Assembly (NCBI GenBank): GCA_965223855.1
Contig: CBDCXM010000009.1
Span: 2,880,001 to 2,944,000, forward strand
Length of the DNA stretch: 64,000 bases
Direction of reading: 5' to 3'
Source of the DNA: Candidatus Multivoradales bacterium
Lineage (GTDB): Bacteria; Acidobacteriota; Thermoanaerobaculia; Multivoradales; JAHEKO01
This document shows, piece by piece, positions 1-9,641 of the stretch (positions are counted from its first letter, which is position 1; the number at the start of each line of letters is the position of its first letter). Both the position numbers and the translations under genes were made by a program. Under the pieces are notes generated by a model, which did not search any database, was not told the origin of the DNA, and saw only the letters and a program-made list of their open reading frames with translations.

Positions 1-246
1 CGCCCTCCCGACCGCCCCCAGCGACCTCGCCAGCGCTTCGTGCGCCCAGGCGTTGGCGGGGGAGAGCTCGAGGTACTCCTCGAAACCGGCGATCGCCCCT
101 TGGTAGTCCCCGGCCGCGTAAGCCGCCCGCGCCTCCGCCCACACGGCTTCCAATCGGTTGGGGGGTGCCTGTGCGAGACCTGCGCTCGAAGTGAGAAGGA
201 GAGCAGCAGCTACGAGAGGAGCGGTCCCTCGTTGAGTACGGATCAT
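1..246 (-). CDS. Secreted TPR-repeat protein, 5' part (runs off window start)
   Basis: Manual translation from ATG at 246: MIRTQRGTAPLVAAALLLTSSAGLAQ (signal peptide) followed by ARAAYAAGDYQGAIAGFEEYLELSPANAWAHEALARSL (TPR-like). No stop before position 1. Not in the ORF track. Confidence 0.65.
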   Translation of the reverse strand, partial: MIRTQRGTAPLVAAALLLTSSAGLAQAPPNRLEAVWAEARAAYAAGDYQGAIAGFEEYLELSPANAWAHEALARSLGAVGRA

Positions 247-304
247 GCCGCGATCTTGTCACTCTGCTCGGATTCGAGCTCTCGGAAAGACACGCGCGTC
301 TGAG

Positions 305-340
305 TTGCGATGTACGTCATGTGTAGGTACGCTGTACAGC
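305..340 (+). promoter_or_regulatory. Putative sigma70 promoter of brnTA with palindromic operator
   Basis: TTGCGA (305-310), 17-nt spacer, TACGCT (328-333). Perfect palindrome GCTGTACAGC (331-340) lies just before the ATG at 344. Confidence 0.45.
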
Positions 341-343
341 CGC

Positions 344-634
344 ATGATCGAGTTCGAGTGGGATCAGTCGAAGGCTGAGATCAATCTTGCAAAGCACGGC
401 ATCGACTTCCGCGAGGCGGCGTCGGTTTTCTACGACGACCGAGCGCTCTTCATGGCAGACCCCAGTCACTCCGATACTGAGGATCGACTGCTGCTCCTTG
501 GCCTGAGCACCCTCCTGCGCCTGCTGCTCGTGGTGCACACCTATCGAAAGGACAGCCAGACCATTCGGATCATCTCCGCCCGCCGGGCGAGCCGGAGCGA
601 GCGCAGGCAGTACAGCGAGAGGCAAAGACGATGA
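344..634 (+). CDS. brnT: BrnT-family toxin (DUF497 ribonuclease)
   Basis: MIEFEWDQSKAEINLAKHGIDFREAASVF...IRIISARRA is the BrnT signature. Start set at ATG 344 within ORF 245..634. Confidence 0.9.
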   Translation: MIEFEWDQSKAEINLAKHGIDFREAASVFYDDRALFMADPSHSDTEDRLLLLGLSTLLRLLLVVHTYRKDSQTIRIISARRASRSERRQYSERQRR

Positions 635-849
635 AAGACAGCTACGACTTCACCGACGCGCAGCGCAACCCCTACACCGAGGCGCTGAAACAGCCGGTCA
701 CCATCCGTCTCGATGTGCCGACCGTTCAGTACTTCAAGGAGCTAGCCGGCGATCTGGGGATGCCCTACCAGACGCTCATCAACCTCTACCTGCGCGAGTG
801 CGTGATGGAGAGGAAGCGGCCCTCCCTGGATTGGGTGGCGGAGGGGTGA
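631..849 (+). CDS. brnA: BrnA/CopG-like antitoxin
   Basis: MKDSYDF...RNPY...KQPVTIRLD...YFK...GMPYQTLINLYL. ATGA overlap with the toxin. Confidence 0.85.
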   Translation: MKDSYDFTDAQRNPYTEALKQPVTIRLDVPTVQYFKELAGDLGMPYQTLINLYLRECVMERKRPSLDWVAEG

Positions 850-877
850 GAGAGACCGGCACAGATCGAGGTCAACC

Positions 878-1594
878 CTAGTCCAGCAGCAACCGGTTCT
901 CCTTGAACCACCGCCGCCGATCCCGGTAGTCGGGTAGCAGCGACTCCACCAGCTCCCAGAACGCCGGCCCATGGTGGTGCTCCCTCAGATGGCAGAGCTC
1001 GTGGACCGCCACGTACTCGTAGACCGCCTTCGGCACCGCAATCAGCCGCCAGTTGAGAGAGATCGCCCCGCTCACCGAGCAGCTTCCCCAACGTGTCCGT
1101 TGCTGCCGCAGCGTGATCCGTGTCGGCATCACTCCGAGCTGCGCTCCGTAGCGCCGGGACCAGCCGACGGCGTCCTCCATCGCCCGCTCGTGCAGCCAGG
1201 CGACGACCAGCTCCCGTGCCGCCGTCTCACCTTCGGCCTCGGACAAGCCCCGGGGTACGCGCACATGGAAGCGGTTGGCGAACGCGAGTCGTGGTGTCTC
1301 GACCGCTGCCACCTCGATCTCGAGTCGGAGCAGGCGCCCGCGAAAGCGAACGCGAGCGCCGGACTCGAAGCGCTCGGGCAGGATCCGAAGCCCACCCGCT
1401 CCGAGGCGCTCGAGCCGATCGCGAATCCACCCTTCCTTGCCGGCCACGAACGCCTCGATCTCCGACTTGCGCACGAACCACGGCGCCGTGACTCGCACCC
1501 GCCCCGGCCGTACCGTGATCCGAACCCTCTTCGCCCGTCGTGTGCGGTGAAGTTCGAAGGGGATCGGGGCGCGATCCAGCTCTGGATCCGACAC
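878..1594 (-). CDS. YgjP/SprT-like M48 (DUF45) zinc metallopeptidase-like protein
   Basis: QRTRWGSCS...ISLNWRL...YVAVHELCHLREHHHGPAFW motif. Start chosen at GTG 1594 and is uncertain. Confidence 0.85.
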   Translation of the reverse strand: MSDPELDRAPIPFELHRTRRAKRVRITVRPGRVRVTAPWFVRKSEIEAFVAGKEGWIRDRLERLGAGGLRILPERFESGARVRFRGRLLRLEIEVAAVETPRLAFANRFHVRVPRGLSEAEGETAARELVVAWLHERAMEDAVGWSRRYGAQLGVMPTRITLRQQRTRWGSCSVSGAISLNWRLIAVPKAVYEYVAVHELCHLREHHHGPAFWELVESLLPDYRDRRRWFKENRLLLD

Positions 1595-1830
1595 AGCGAG
1601 TTGGACTGAATTCCTGCTCAAGGCTTCGATGCCGTTGTGGGGCCCATGTTCAGGCGAGGCGCCGATCGTCCGGAGCGAGCTTCCTCGACGGTCTGCCCCT
1701 GCGCGCAAACCAGCGGAACGACTCCACCACAGTCCAAATCCGCCGCGGCCAATCTTGACCATGGTCCAAATCTGCCGTCCACCGTTGGGCACCGGAAGCG
1801 GGCTCTAGACTTAGTGCGGAGGACCGCCCC

Positions 1831-2316
1831 CTGCAATCGATCACCGTCAAGTACTGCTCCCGCTGCGAAGGCGAGTTCCAGGACTGGGTCGAGACGTGCC
1901 CGGACTGCGAGGTTGCCCTCGAGTCGCGATTCGACTCCGACCTGGTGCCGGGAACCGCCGGGATCGGGTCGCGAGCGCCTCAGCCCTCCCTTCAGGAAGA
2001 AGCCTACCTTCGCGAAGCCGAGCCGGAGTGGGCCTACCGCCTCGCCGAAGCGCTGGCCGCCGCCGGGCTTCCTCACGTGGTCCGCCCGCCGGCGGAGGTC
2101 AGGGAGGGCAAGAGAGTCACGCTGACCCTCTACGTCGAGGCGTCCGATCTCGAGCGCGCCAGGGTCATCGACCTCGAGATCCTCAGGGACGAGGTGCCGG
2201 ACACCGACGACCTCGTCTACGAGTTCGAGTCCGACACCTGCCCGTCCTGCGGCGCCCACGTCGTGCCTCAGGCCGCGCGCTGTGGCGAGTGTGAGCTGGA
2301 GTTTCCGGAGTACTAG
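1831..2316 (+). CDS. Double zinc-ribbon protein with DUF2007-like central domain
   Basis: In-frame N-terminal YCSRC..CPDC upstream of the ORF-track start (1945) and C-terminal CPSC..CGEC. GGAGGA at 1818-1823 is 7 nt before CTG 1831. Confidence 0.6.
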   Translation: MQSITVKYCSRCEGEFQDWVETCPDCEVALESRFDSDLVPGTAGIGSRAPQPSLQEEAYLREAEPEWAYRLAEALAAAGLPHVVRPPAEVREGKRVTLTLYVEASDLERARVIDLEILRDEVPDTDDLVYEFESDTCPSCGAHVVPQAARCGECELEFPEY

Positions 2317-2379
2317 TCCCCGGTCACGTCAGAACTGAGTCCAGTAGGAAGCGATGGCAAGGCAGCTCCTCAACCAGTC

Positions 2380-2661
2380 TCAGTAGGCCGACCCTCGATG
2401 TGCCGCCGCGATGAGGAAGACGATCCGGTCCTCCTCGTCGAGTTCGTAGAAGAACCGCCAGGCACCAATTCGATAGCGCCAGGAGGGAGGCTCGTACCCC
2501 TTCAGTCGCCGGATGTGAGGCCCGAAGTGTGGCTTCGCTCGCAGCTGAGGGTAGACGGTGCTGCGGAGCTTGCGAATCAGGTCGTCGCGCCCGGACCGGG
2601 CCAGCAGAGCGAGATCCTTGTCGAACTGCTCGGTCTCGAAGATCCGGTACGGGGCCGACAA
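2380..2661 (-). CDS. RelE/ParE-family toxin
   Basis: YRIFETEQFDKDL...PHFGPHIRRLKG...WRYRIGAWRFFY...VFLIAAAHRGSAY. Confidence 0.85.
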   Translation of the reverse strand: MSAPYRIFETEQFDKDLALLARSGRDDLIRKLRSTVYPQLRAKPHFGPHIRRLKGYEPPSWRYRIGAWRFFYELDEEDRIVFLIAAAHRGSAY

Positions 2662-2670
2662 GACCGAGAC

Positions 2671-2913
2671 TCAGTCCACGAAGGCGCCGCGTCGAGCCGC
2701 AGCGTCCGCAGAGCCCGCGCGAAGCCGCTTCTGGAGTGCCTCGTTCGATCGGATCTCCGCCATTTCACCGTCGTCGAGGAACTGAGCTTCCCTGATCCTC
2801 ACCAGCGCAGCCGATTCGATCAGGTTGGCAATCGAGCGATGCTCGGCTGTCGCCGCCTCGCGGAACTCCTCGTAGACGGCGTCGTCCAGTCGCAGGGTGA
2901 TGGTCTTGGGCAT
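2671..2913 (-). CDS. Ribbon-helix-helix antitoxin
   Basis: MPKTITLRLDD..Y..F...A..EHRSIANLIE (RHH). Lies directly upstream of the RelE-like toxin. Confidence 0.8.
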   Translation of the reverse strand: MPKTITLRLDDAVYEEFREAATAEHRSIANLIESAALVRIREAQFLDDGEMAEIRSNEALQKRLRAGSADAAARRGAFVD

Positions 2914-2981
2914 GAGAAGGCTCCGAATGCGTTCGTTTCGCTTCTTTTGCATTCTACCTGATGCCTCTCCCTGAGACGAGA

Positions 2982-3362
2982 TCAGCCGTTCGCCGCCGCA
3001 AGCGGCGGCCAGGCCTCGACCACGCTCAGATCCTCGATCCCGTGAACCTCCCGGAAGATCGCCCGCACCAGCTCGGCGATCGAGTCGGCGTTCTGCCCGA
3101 CGTCGCACTGCCAGCTGCCGCCGGAGTCGAACAGCTCGAGCCCGTTCCACGGCTCGCGCGACAGGAGCTCGAGCAGGCGCTTGTTGGCGTCGGCCGGCAG
3201 GATCTCGAACGGCAGATCGAGGATCAGCGAACCGCGGTGGTTCTTCTGGAACTGCACGAAGAGCCTGGTCGGCGGGTGGTCGAGGATCAGAACCTCGCCC
3301 AGCGGGCCGTTGTTGAGGATGTCGGTGAGGGAGGGCAGGATGGCGTCATGGGTTTCGCTCAT
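2982..3362 (-). CDS. Hypothetical protein, possibly TY-Chap/YbjN-like chaperone fold
   Basis: Clean ORF with FVQF and 'IAELVRAIFREVHGI' segments. The family assignment is weak. Confidence 0.5.
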   Translation of the reverse strand: MSETHDAILPSLTDILNNGPLGEVLILDHPPTRLFVQFQKNHRGSLILDLPFEILPADANKRLLELLSREPWNGLELFDSGGSWQCDVGQNADSIAELVRAIFREVHGIEDLSVVEAWPPLAAANG

Positions 3363-3490
3363 GCCCTTCAAGACGGCTTCGGGATCGTTTTCCTTGCACG
3401 GTCACCTGGCCTGTCTGTCCGGTCGCCCCGTAAGGTCCACTCTTCGCGATTCGCCCGGCAGCCCCCGTGCTAGCTTGACGCGCCAACCCG

Positions 3491-4081
3491 ATGACCGTCT
3501 TCTCAGCAGCCCTGCTCCTCTTCCTGGTGATGGACCCGTTCGGGAACATCCCGCTCTTCATCTCGGCGCTCAAGCCGGTGGAGGAGTCGCGCCGCACCCG
3601 AGTGATCCTGCGCGAGCTGCTGATCGCCCTGGCCGTCCTCGTCACCTTTCTCTTCGCCGGCCAGCACTTGCTGCGGGCGCTCGGCATCTCCGGCCCGGCG
3701 CTCACCGTCGCCGGCGGCACGGTGCTGTTCCTCATCGCCGTCAAGATGATCTTCCCGCCGGCGAAGGGCGGAGGGAGCGAGCACATCAGCGGCGAGCCGT
3801 TCATCGTCCCGCTCGCCGTCCCCTACGTCGCCGGCCCCTCGGCGATGGCGTCGCTGCTGCTGATCATGAACCGCGAGCCGAGCCGCTCGATGGAATGGCT
3901 CCTCGCCGTCGTCGCCGCCTGGTTCGTCACCGGCCTCATCCTGTCGCTCTCCGGCGTCTTCGCTCGCCTCCTGGGCGAGAAGGTGCTGATCGCCATCGAG
4001 CGCCTCATGGGCATGCTGCTGGTGGCGATCGCCATGCAGATGGTGATGACCGGGGTGGCGGAGTTTGCGGCGGCGTTGTAG
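3491..4081 (+). CDS. marC: MarC-family membrane protein
   Basis: LFLVMDPFGNIPLF...VPLAVPYVAGPSA...ERLMGMLL, about six TM segments. Confidence 0.9.
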   Translation: MTVFSAALLLFLVMDPFGNIPLFISALKPVEESRRTRVILRELLIALAVLVTFLFAGQHLLRALGISGPALTVAGGTVLFLIAVKMIFPPAKGGGSEHISGEPFIVPLAVPYVAGPSAMASLLLIMNREPSRSMEWLLAVVAAWFVTGLILSLSGVFARLLGEKVLIAIERLMGMLLVAIAMQMVMTGVAEFAAAL

Positions 4082-4154
4082 CCGCGAACCCCGTCCACGG
4101 GGGTGAGCGGCGGAAGTCCCCATCGACCTGTCAACGAACGGAGGCCCACCTACC

Positions 4155-7100
4155 GTGACAACCTACGCAAGAGTCCTGATCCGGCTATGGCTGATCGCCA
4201 TGGCCGTCACCATCGCCGGGGCCATCGCCGGGGCTCCTGCCTCGTCCGCGCAGACCACCTCCTCGGGGGTGAAGCAGAACGTCGAATTCAGGATCGTCGG
4301 CCCGAGCCGCGTGCGCGAGGGGCGACCGGCCCACTGGACGGTGGTAGCCGTCCGCCGGAGCGTGGCGAACACAGCCGAGGGCTACGCGCCTCGCGTGCGC
4401 GCTCACGCTGGTGGGGAGCTGCCGACCAAGTGGGTGCCGCCGGCGGAGTTCAGTTGGGACTTCGGCGACGGCACCGGGGTCAAGTCGACCGGCGATCATC
4501 CCGTGGCGACGCATGTCTACGAGCAGGACTCGAGTGACGCCCAGGACGGCGTCTTCACGCTGATCGCCTACGGACGAGACGAGCACGGCTGGTTGGTGGA
4601 GGCGACCAGGAAGATCGAGGTGACGAACCAGAAACCGCGGATCCCCCGCATCCGGGCCGTTGAGATCGACCCGACCACGAACCGGTTCGAGTTGACGGCG
4701 CGTGCCTTCGATGCCGAAGCGGACATGAACGAGCTCGTCTACGACTGGGACTTCGGCGACGAGACCCTCCTCGACGGCGGCTGGAAGGTGGAGCGTTCGT
4801 TCAAGTCCGCAGGGACGGCAACGGTGAAGCTGACGATCCGGGACGACGATGGCGAGGAGCTGAAGGCGGAGCGGGACATCAACGTCCGCGGCGCCTCTGC
4901 CGGAGCCTCGACGGCGGCCCCGATGCCGATGGACCCCGACGAGCGGCCGGACGCCATCTCTACCGGCCTCGTGGCGGAGCTCTTCGGCGACATGGGCACG
5001 ATCGACCTCGACGCCGAGATCCTGCCCTACACCGGCCTCTACCTCGTCAAGTCGGATGCATGCCGCTACCGCTTCCTGTGGACGGCGTGGGACGACGACA
5101 ACCTGGCCTCACTGATCTTCATCGCCGATCTCAACGGCCTTCCCGACGCGAAGGGCGGCGTCTACGAGCTGCAGCCGAACACGGCGCAACTGACCTTCCA
5201 CGCCGAGGGCGAGGACTGGATGAAGAGCTACGAGCGGGGGCGCATGGGCCTCGGCCTCGCGCGGCTCGGGTTCTCTCAGCCGCAGGTGGGTGAGTACATC
5301 GACGAGGGCGGCGACGATCCGGAGGAGATCCGCGGGGAGGTGAACCAGGAACTCGATGCTCTCGGAATCGGCCTCGCGGTAGGCCCGGGGGAACAGCGGA
5401 CTCCACCCCAGCCGCCCAGCCGTTCCCCTCTCGGTCTGAGTGAAGACGTCTGGTTCGCAATGGCCGGTGGCACCGTGCGCCTCACCCTCGTGCCGGGGCA
5501 GTACGCGCTCGCCGAACTGGATGGAGTCGTGCTGGCGACCGAGAATGACGAGGGGCCGGTGCAATCGGTCCGGTTCGGCAGCGAGAGCACCTTCCTGCTC
5601 GACCTGGCCACGGCGCGCCAGGACGGCATCGTCCAGGATCGGGAGGTGGGCATCCTGGCGCAGCAGGGGCCCGCGAACTGCGCACCGCCGCCGACACCGC
5701 TGAAAGTCGACAGCACGTACCCGAATGCCGACGAGGAATACGTCCGGCCGATCACCAGGATCAGCGTCGACTTCGATCAGCCCTACGACCTGAGCACGCT
5801 CGACGATCACTCCTTCCAGCTCACCTATCCGGAAGCCGGCTCGGGCGAGCTGGTGGTGGTCGACACCAAACTGCTGCGGGACCGCGACGCCGCGGACCTC
5901 GTGCCGCTCGAGCCGCTGTGGGGAGGCGTGACCTACACCGTGCGCGTCAAGGCGGGGGAGGAGGGGGTCAAGGGACTCGGCGGCACCGAGCTCGAGGGCG
6001 ACAGCGGCGACGGCTGGTACAAGTGGAAGTTCACCACCAGAGTCGATTTCTCGGCCACCGCAGACGGCGAGACGGGACTCTCCTGCCACACCATGCAGTC
6101 GGTCCGTGACGTGCCGCTGATCTGGGGCAAGCCGGCCGTGGCCCGGGTCTACGCGGAGTGGAAGCCACGGCCCGAAGTCGCCGAGGCCGCCCAGGTCAAG
6201 TCGTTCGCCGCCAAGCTCGTCATGAAGTCCGGTACCCAGGAGGTGGGATCGACAACCGCCAACTTCGTGCGCCAGGACCTCCTGGAGGCCTGGGGTGTCG
6301 ACAAGGCCGAGGCCCAGCACACCGCCAACATCTTCTGGACCCCTCGGGAGAGCCAGAACCCGGTGTCGTGGGTACAGGTCTCGATCCCGGGCGTCGACGA
6401 TCCGACCGTCTACTCGACGAGCTGCCCGACCCCGATGTGGACCGAAGCACCCAAGCTCGTGGTGCACCAGTACGTGCTCGGCCTCGGCGAGGCCGAGGAC
6501 GACGAGGGGCTGCGAATGGAGATGGCGTTCCAGGTCGATCAGATGCGCTACGAGATCGTCAGATACGCCGAGCAACTGCTCCCTTTCCAGGAGGTTCAGG
6601 TCGCTCCCGCACGCATCCTGGCGCTCGAGGAGGGTGAGGAGCTACCGCCCTGCACTCGACCGCGAAAGTGCCCGGCGATCTTCATGAGCCGCAAGGCGGG
6701 GACGGGGGGCCACATCCTCATCGGCTGGAAGCCGGGCGCCGCGGAAGGGGGGAAGCAGCAGAAGGTGGGGGAGATCGTCCAGGTGGATGGCCAGGTGCTG
6801 TTCCCGGGCGCCGGCGATCGCGGCCTGATCACCCTCGACCTGCCCTTGGCGGGGGAGATCCCCGAAGACCGGCTGATCTTCGCCGCCGTGCACGAGATCG
6901 GGCATGCGCTCCATCTCGAGCACCTGCCCTTCTTTCATGAGGACGAAGAGCGCGATGCCATGATCGTCCAGCGCGATCTCGGATTCGAGAATGCCCTCGA
7001 CGAGCCGGTGCACGAGCACAAGGGGATCGAAGGCTTCCGCATCGACGCCTCGGGCACGGAGGGGATCAACAAGTCCTCGACCGAGGGGAACGGCGAGTCG

Positions 7101-7223
7101 AGATGGCTGGTGCCGCTGATGTTTCCGGCGGGGATGTTCCGGCGCGATGCGTTCATCGCGCCACACCACTACTTGGATGTGCAGGAACTCATTGAAGAGA
7201 GTGCGGGGAGGTTCGGGGGGTAG
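4155..7223 (+). CDS. Large secreted protein: PKD repeats, Ig-like (Big_5-type) domain and C-terminal zinc metalloprotease
   Basis: Signal peptide, two WDFGD PKD motifs, 'ISVDFDQP..L...Y.V.V...V' Ig-like segment, and HEIGHALHLEH zinc motif with a downstream PLMFP (Met-turn-like). Confidence 0.75.
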   Translation: MTTYARVLIRLWLIAMAVTIAGAIAGAPASSAQTTSSGVKQNVEFRIVGPSRVREGRPAHWTVVAVRRSVANTAEGYAPRVRAHAGGELPTKWVPPAEFSWDFGDGTGVKSTGDHPVATHVYEQDSSDAQDGVFTLIAYGRDEHGWLVEATRKIEVTNQKPRIPRIRAVEIDPTTNRFELTARAFDAEADMNELVYDWDFGDETLLDGGWKVERSFKSAGTATVKLTIRDDDGEELKAERDINVRGASAGASTAAPMPMDPDERPDAISTGLVAELFGDMGTIDLDAEILPYTGLYLVKSDACRYRFLWTAWDDDNLASLIFIADLNGLPDAKGGVYELQPNTAQLTFHAEGEDWMKSYERGRMGLGLARLGFSQPQVGEYIDEGGDDPEEIRGEVNQELDALGIGLAVGPGEQRTPPQPPSRSPLGLSEDVWFAMAGGTVRLTLVPGQYALAELDGVVLATENDEGPVQSVRFGSESTFLLDLATARQDGIVQDREVGILAQQGPANCAPPPTPLKVDSTYPNADEEYVRPITRISVDFDQPYDLSTLDDHSFQLTYPEAGSGELVVVDTKLLRDRDAADLVPLEPLWGGVTYTVRVKAGEEGVKGLGGTELEGDSGDGWYKWKFTTRVDFSATADGETGLSCHTMQSVRDVPLIWGKPAVARVYAEWKPRPEVAEAAQVKSFAAKLVMKSGTQEVGSTTANFVRQDLLEAWGVDKAEAQHTANIFWTPRESQNPVSWVQVSIPGVDDPTVYSTSCPTPMWTEAPKLVVHQYVLGLGEAEDDEGLRMEMAFQVDQMRYEIVRYAEQLLPFQEVQVAPARILALEEGEELPPCTRPRKCPAIFMSRKAGTGGHILIGWKPGAAEGGKQQKVGEIVQVDGQVLFPGAGDRGLITLDLPLAGEIPEDRLIFAAVHEIGHALHLEHLPFFHEDEERDAMIVQRDLGFENALDEPVHEHKGIEGFRIDASGTEGINKSSTEGNGESRWLVPLMFPAGMFRRDAFIAPHHYLDVQELIEESAGRFGG

Positions 7224-7378
7224 TGATCAGGGGCCTGAAGCTAGCAGTTGATCTGGCGCCGAGCCGAGCTGCTCCCTTCCCGGCCATTCACCTGGTACCG
7301 CCCTGTCTGGCGTCGCGCGGAGGGTCTGGCCGCATTGCGCAGCTACCTCAAGTCGCCCGGCTTCAGACCGAGAGGGCT

Positions 7379-8455
7379 CTACGGACGTTCGTCGTGAGCT
7401 CTCGACGCTCGCTTCCAAGCCTCGATAACAGATTCGAGAAGTGCTCCAAGTGGATTCCTGAGCGATGCCCAGTTCTTCGCCGTGATCTCCACCTCCAGGC
7501 ACGCCCAGGACTTTTCGATCCGGCGAGCCTGCGGGATCGCGGCGCAAAGGACCGTGATCGCATCCTCCGCGAGGTCTGAGACCCGGGGAGGGAGGTTGAG
7601 CAGGAGCGTGCTTCGTCTCTTCGTGTCGAGGTACAAGGTCGCATAGGAGCGGAGCGAGGGGCGTCCTTCCGAGGTCTGTTCCTGCAGGCTGAACGTGAAG
7701 GCGGTCTTCCCCGGCCAGCGATAGGCGGACGCCATGCGCGACTCGATGAAGTCAGCGACCTCGAGCAGGAGATCCCTGCTCCCGAGAGCTTCCGCGGACT
7801 CCAGCAGGACCCTGAGGTTGCCCGCCTTCGACTCGCTCTTGTTACGGGCGGCTCCCTGCTGCTGGGGCGGTGTCGTTTCGACTTGCTTTGCCAGCAGGGT
7901 TTGTCCCGCGACCTCGAAACCCTGGAAAGTAAGAAGTTGGATATCGATCGCCGACGCGGCGAGGAAGTTGACGATTCGCTTGGCCCGGTCATCGACGCCG
8001 AGCCCGACCAGCACCAGCCTGGGTGGCTCGGCCAGAGGTTCGTCGTTGTCTGGATAGGTCCGGTCGTACCAATCGACGAAGTCGTCGATACGTGGGATTC
8101 CATTCCTTCCCGAAGAGGCCTCGATCAAGCCGGCGAGTCGCTCGGTCGAGGCGTCTGCGAGGTCGGATCCGTAGTCCAGAATCTGCGCGACCGCCTCACG
8201 AGTGAGCATTCCCTTCTTGAGTTCGAAGATCACCACCCGGCCGTCGCCGTCGATCCCGAGTAGGTCGAGGGGGCCGCCCTCCGTCGGCACCTGGCGTCCG
8301 ACGAGAGTGAGGTCGCTCATCAGGAGATCCGGAGACTCCACGAGCAAGTCTTCCAGCACCGCCTCGGTTTCCGATGAGTCGACCATGGGCGCCGGAGCTG
8401 CAGCCACCGACCCGGAAGAGCCGGGGGAAACCGTCCAGACTTGGATTCTCTTCAC
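7379..8455 (-). CDS. NucS-like (DUF91) PD-(D/E)xK endonuclease domain protein
   Basis: E..LEDLL..SPDLL...GRQV.TEGGPLDLLGID..G.VVIFELK...REAVAQILDY. Confidence 0.75.
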   Translation of the reverse strand: MKRIQVWTVSPGSSGSVAAAPAPMVDSSETEAVLEDLLVESPDLLMSDLTLVGRQVPTEGGPLDLLGIDGDGRVVIFELKKGMLTREAVAQILDYGSDLADASTERLAGLIEASSGRNGIPRIDDFVDWYDRTYPDNDEPLAEPPRLVLVGLGVDDRAKRIVNFLAASAIDIQLLTFQGFEVAGQTLLAKQVETTPPQQQGAARNKSESKAGNLRVLLESAEALGSRDLLLEVADFIESRMASAYRWPGKTAFTFSLQEQTSEGRPSLRSYATLYLDTKRRSTLLLNLPPRVSDLAEDAITVLCAAIPQARRIEKSWACLEVEITAKNWASLRNPLGALLESVIEAWKRASRAHDERP

Positions 8456-8697
8456 CGGCGAGAAGGTATCAGTTGGATTTCCTAGAGGGCTGGGAGTTGC
8501 CGCACCGCCATCGCCCGGAGGCTCCAGGCTTGGAGCCAGCGTAGACTTGGCCAGACCTTGGCAGAATAAGCGTCAGGAGATGCTCGCGCCGGCGGGTTTG
8601 TAGCTCGACCCACTCATCTGCTCTGAGCAGCTACCAAGTCTCCCGGCACCAACGCAGCCCCGAGCGGCCTTCACTTCAGATTGCAACTACCGACGCA

Positions 8698-9615
8698 ATG
8701 AAAGCCTATGTGGGAGTCACCGACTACGACTGGTTCCGATTCCTCAAGTCGGGCGATGTCGAGGAGGTCAACTTCTGGCAGCCGAGCGGGAGCAACCACT
8801 TCCGAGCGCTCGACCAAGGTGAGTTGTTCCTCTTCAAGCTCCATAGCCCGAGGAACTTCATCGTCGGCGGCGGCTTCTTCGCCCACTTCTCGATCATCCC
8901 GCACCGAACGGCTTGGGAGTTCTTCGGTGTCGCCAACGGCGCTGGGTCTTTCCAGGAGATGGAGACGAGGATCGGAAAGTACCGTCGAGTGGTCCCCGAC
9001 GCTCGGTCGAGCTTCGACATCGGCTGCATCCTCCTGGCCCAACCATTCTTTCTCGATGAAGAGCTTTGGATCCCGGTGCCGGAGGATTGGAAGCCGAACA
9101 TCGTTCGGGGGAAGACCTACGACCTGACCGACGGGCTAGGACGGGAGCTCTATGCTCAGCTTCAAGTAGCTCTGGCCGGGAATGTGGCTGAGTCGGAAGC
9201 CGTGGAGCCCAGCAGTCTCTACGGTGATCCGGTTCTCGTTCGCCCTCGCATCGGACAGGGCACCTTCAAGTCCCTCGTCGCCGACATCTATCAGCGGCGT
9301 TGCGCCGTTTCAGGAGAAAAGGCACTGCCAGCTCTCGACGCGGCGCATGTCCGTGCCGTCGCGAGCGGCGGTACTCACTCCGTAGACAACGGCATCCTGC
9401 TCAGATCGGACATTCACAGGCTGTTCGACGCCGGCTACGTCGGCATCACACCCGACTACCGCTTCATGGTCAGTCGTCGTCTCAAGGACGACTTCGACAA
9501 TGGAGAGCCCTACTATCCCTTGGCGGATCGTGAGATCTGGCTTCCCGCCGATCCCAGGAATCACCCGAATCGCGAGTACCTCGAAGAGCACTGCGACACG
9601 AGATTCCGTTACTGA
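8698..9615 (+). CDS. HNH endonuclease (putative restriction endonuclease)
   Basis: R.GQG.F...V..Y..RCAVSG....LDAAHV......G....NGILLRSDIHRLFD.G. N-terminal 'VGVTD.DWF..EVNFWQP' domain. Confidence 0.85.
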   Translation: MKAYVGVTDYDWFRFLKSGDVEEVNFWQPSGSNHFRALDQGELFLFKLHSPRNFIVGGGFFAHFSIIPHRTAWEFFGVANGAGSFQEMETRIGKYRRVVPDARSSFDIGCILLAQPFFLDEELWIPVPEDWKPNIVRGKTYDLTDGLGRELYAQLQVALAGNVAESEAVEPSSLYGDPVLVRPRIGQGTFKSLVADIYQRRCAVSGEKALPALDAAHVRAVASGGTHSVDNGILLRSDIHRLFDAGYVGITPDYRFMVSRRLKDDFDNGEPYYPLADREIWLPADPRNHPNREYLEEHCDTRFRY

Positions 9616-9641
9616 GCCAACAACCCGACGGATTGGACCTG

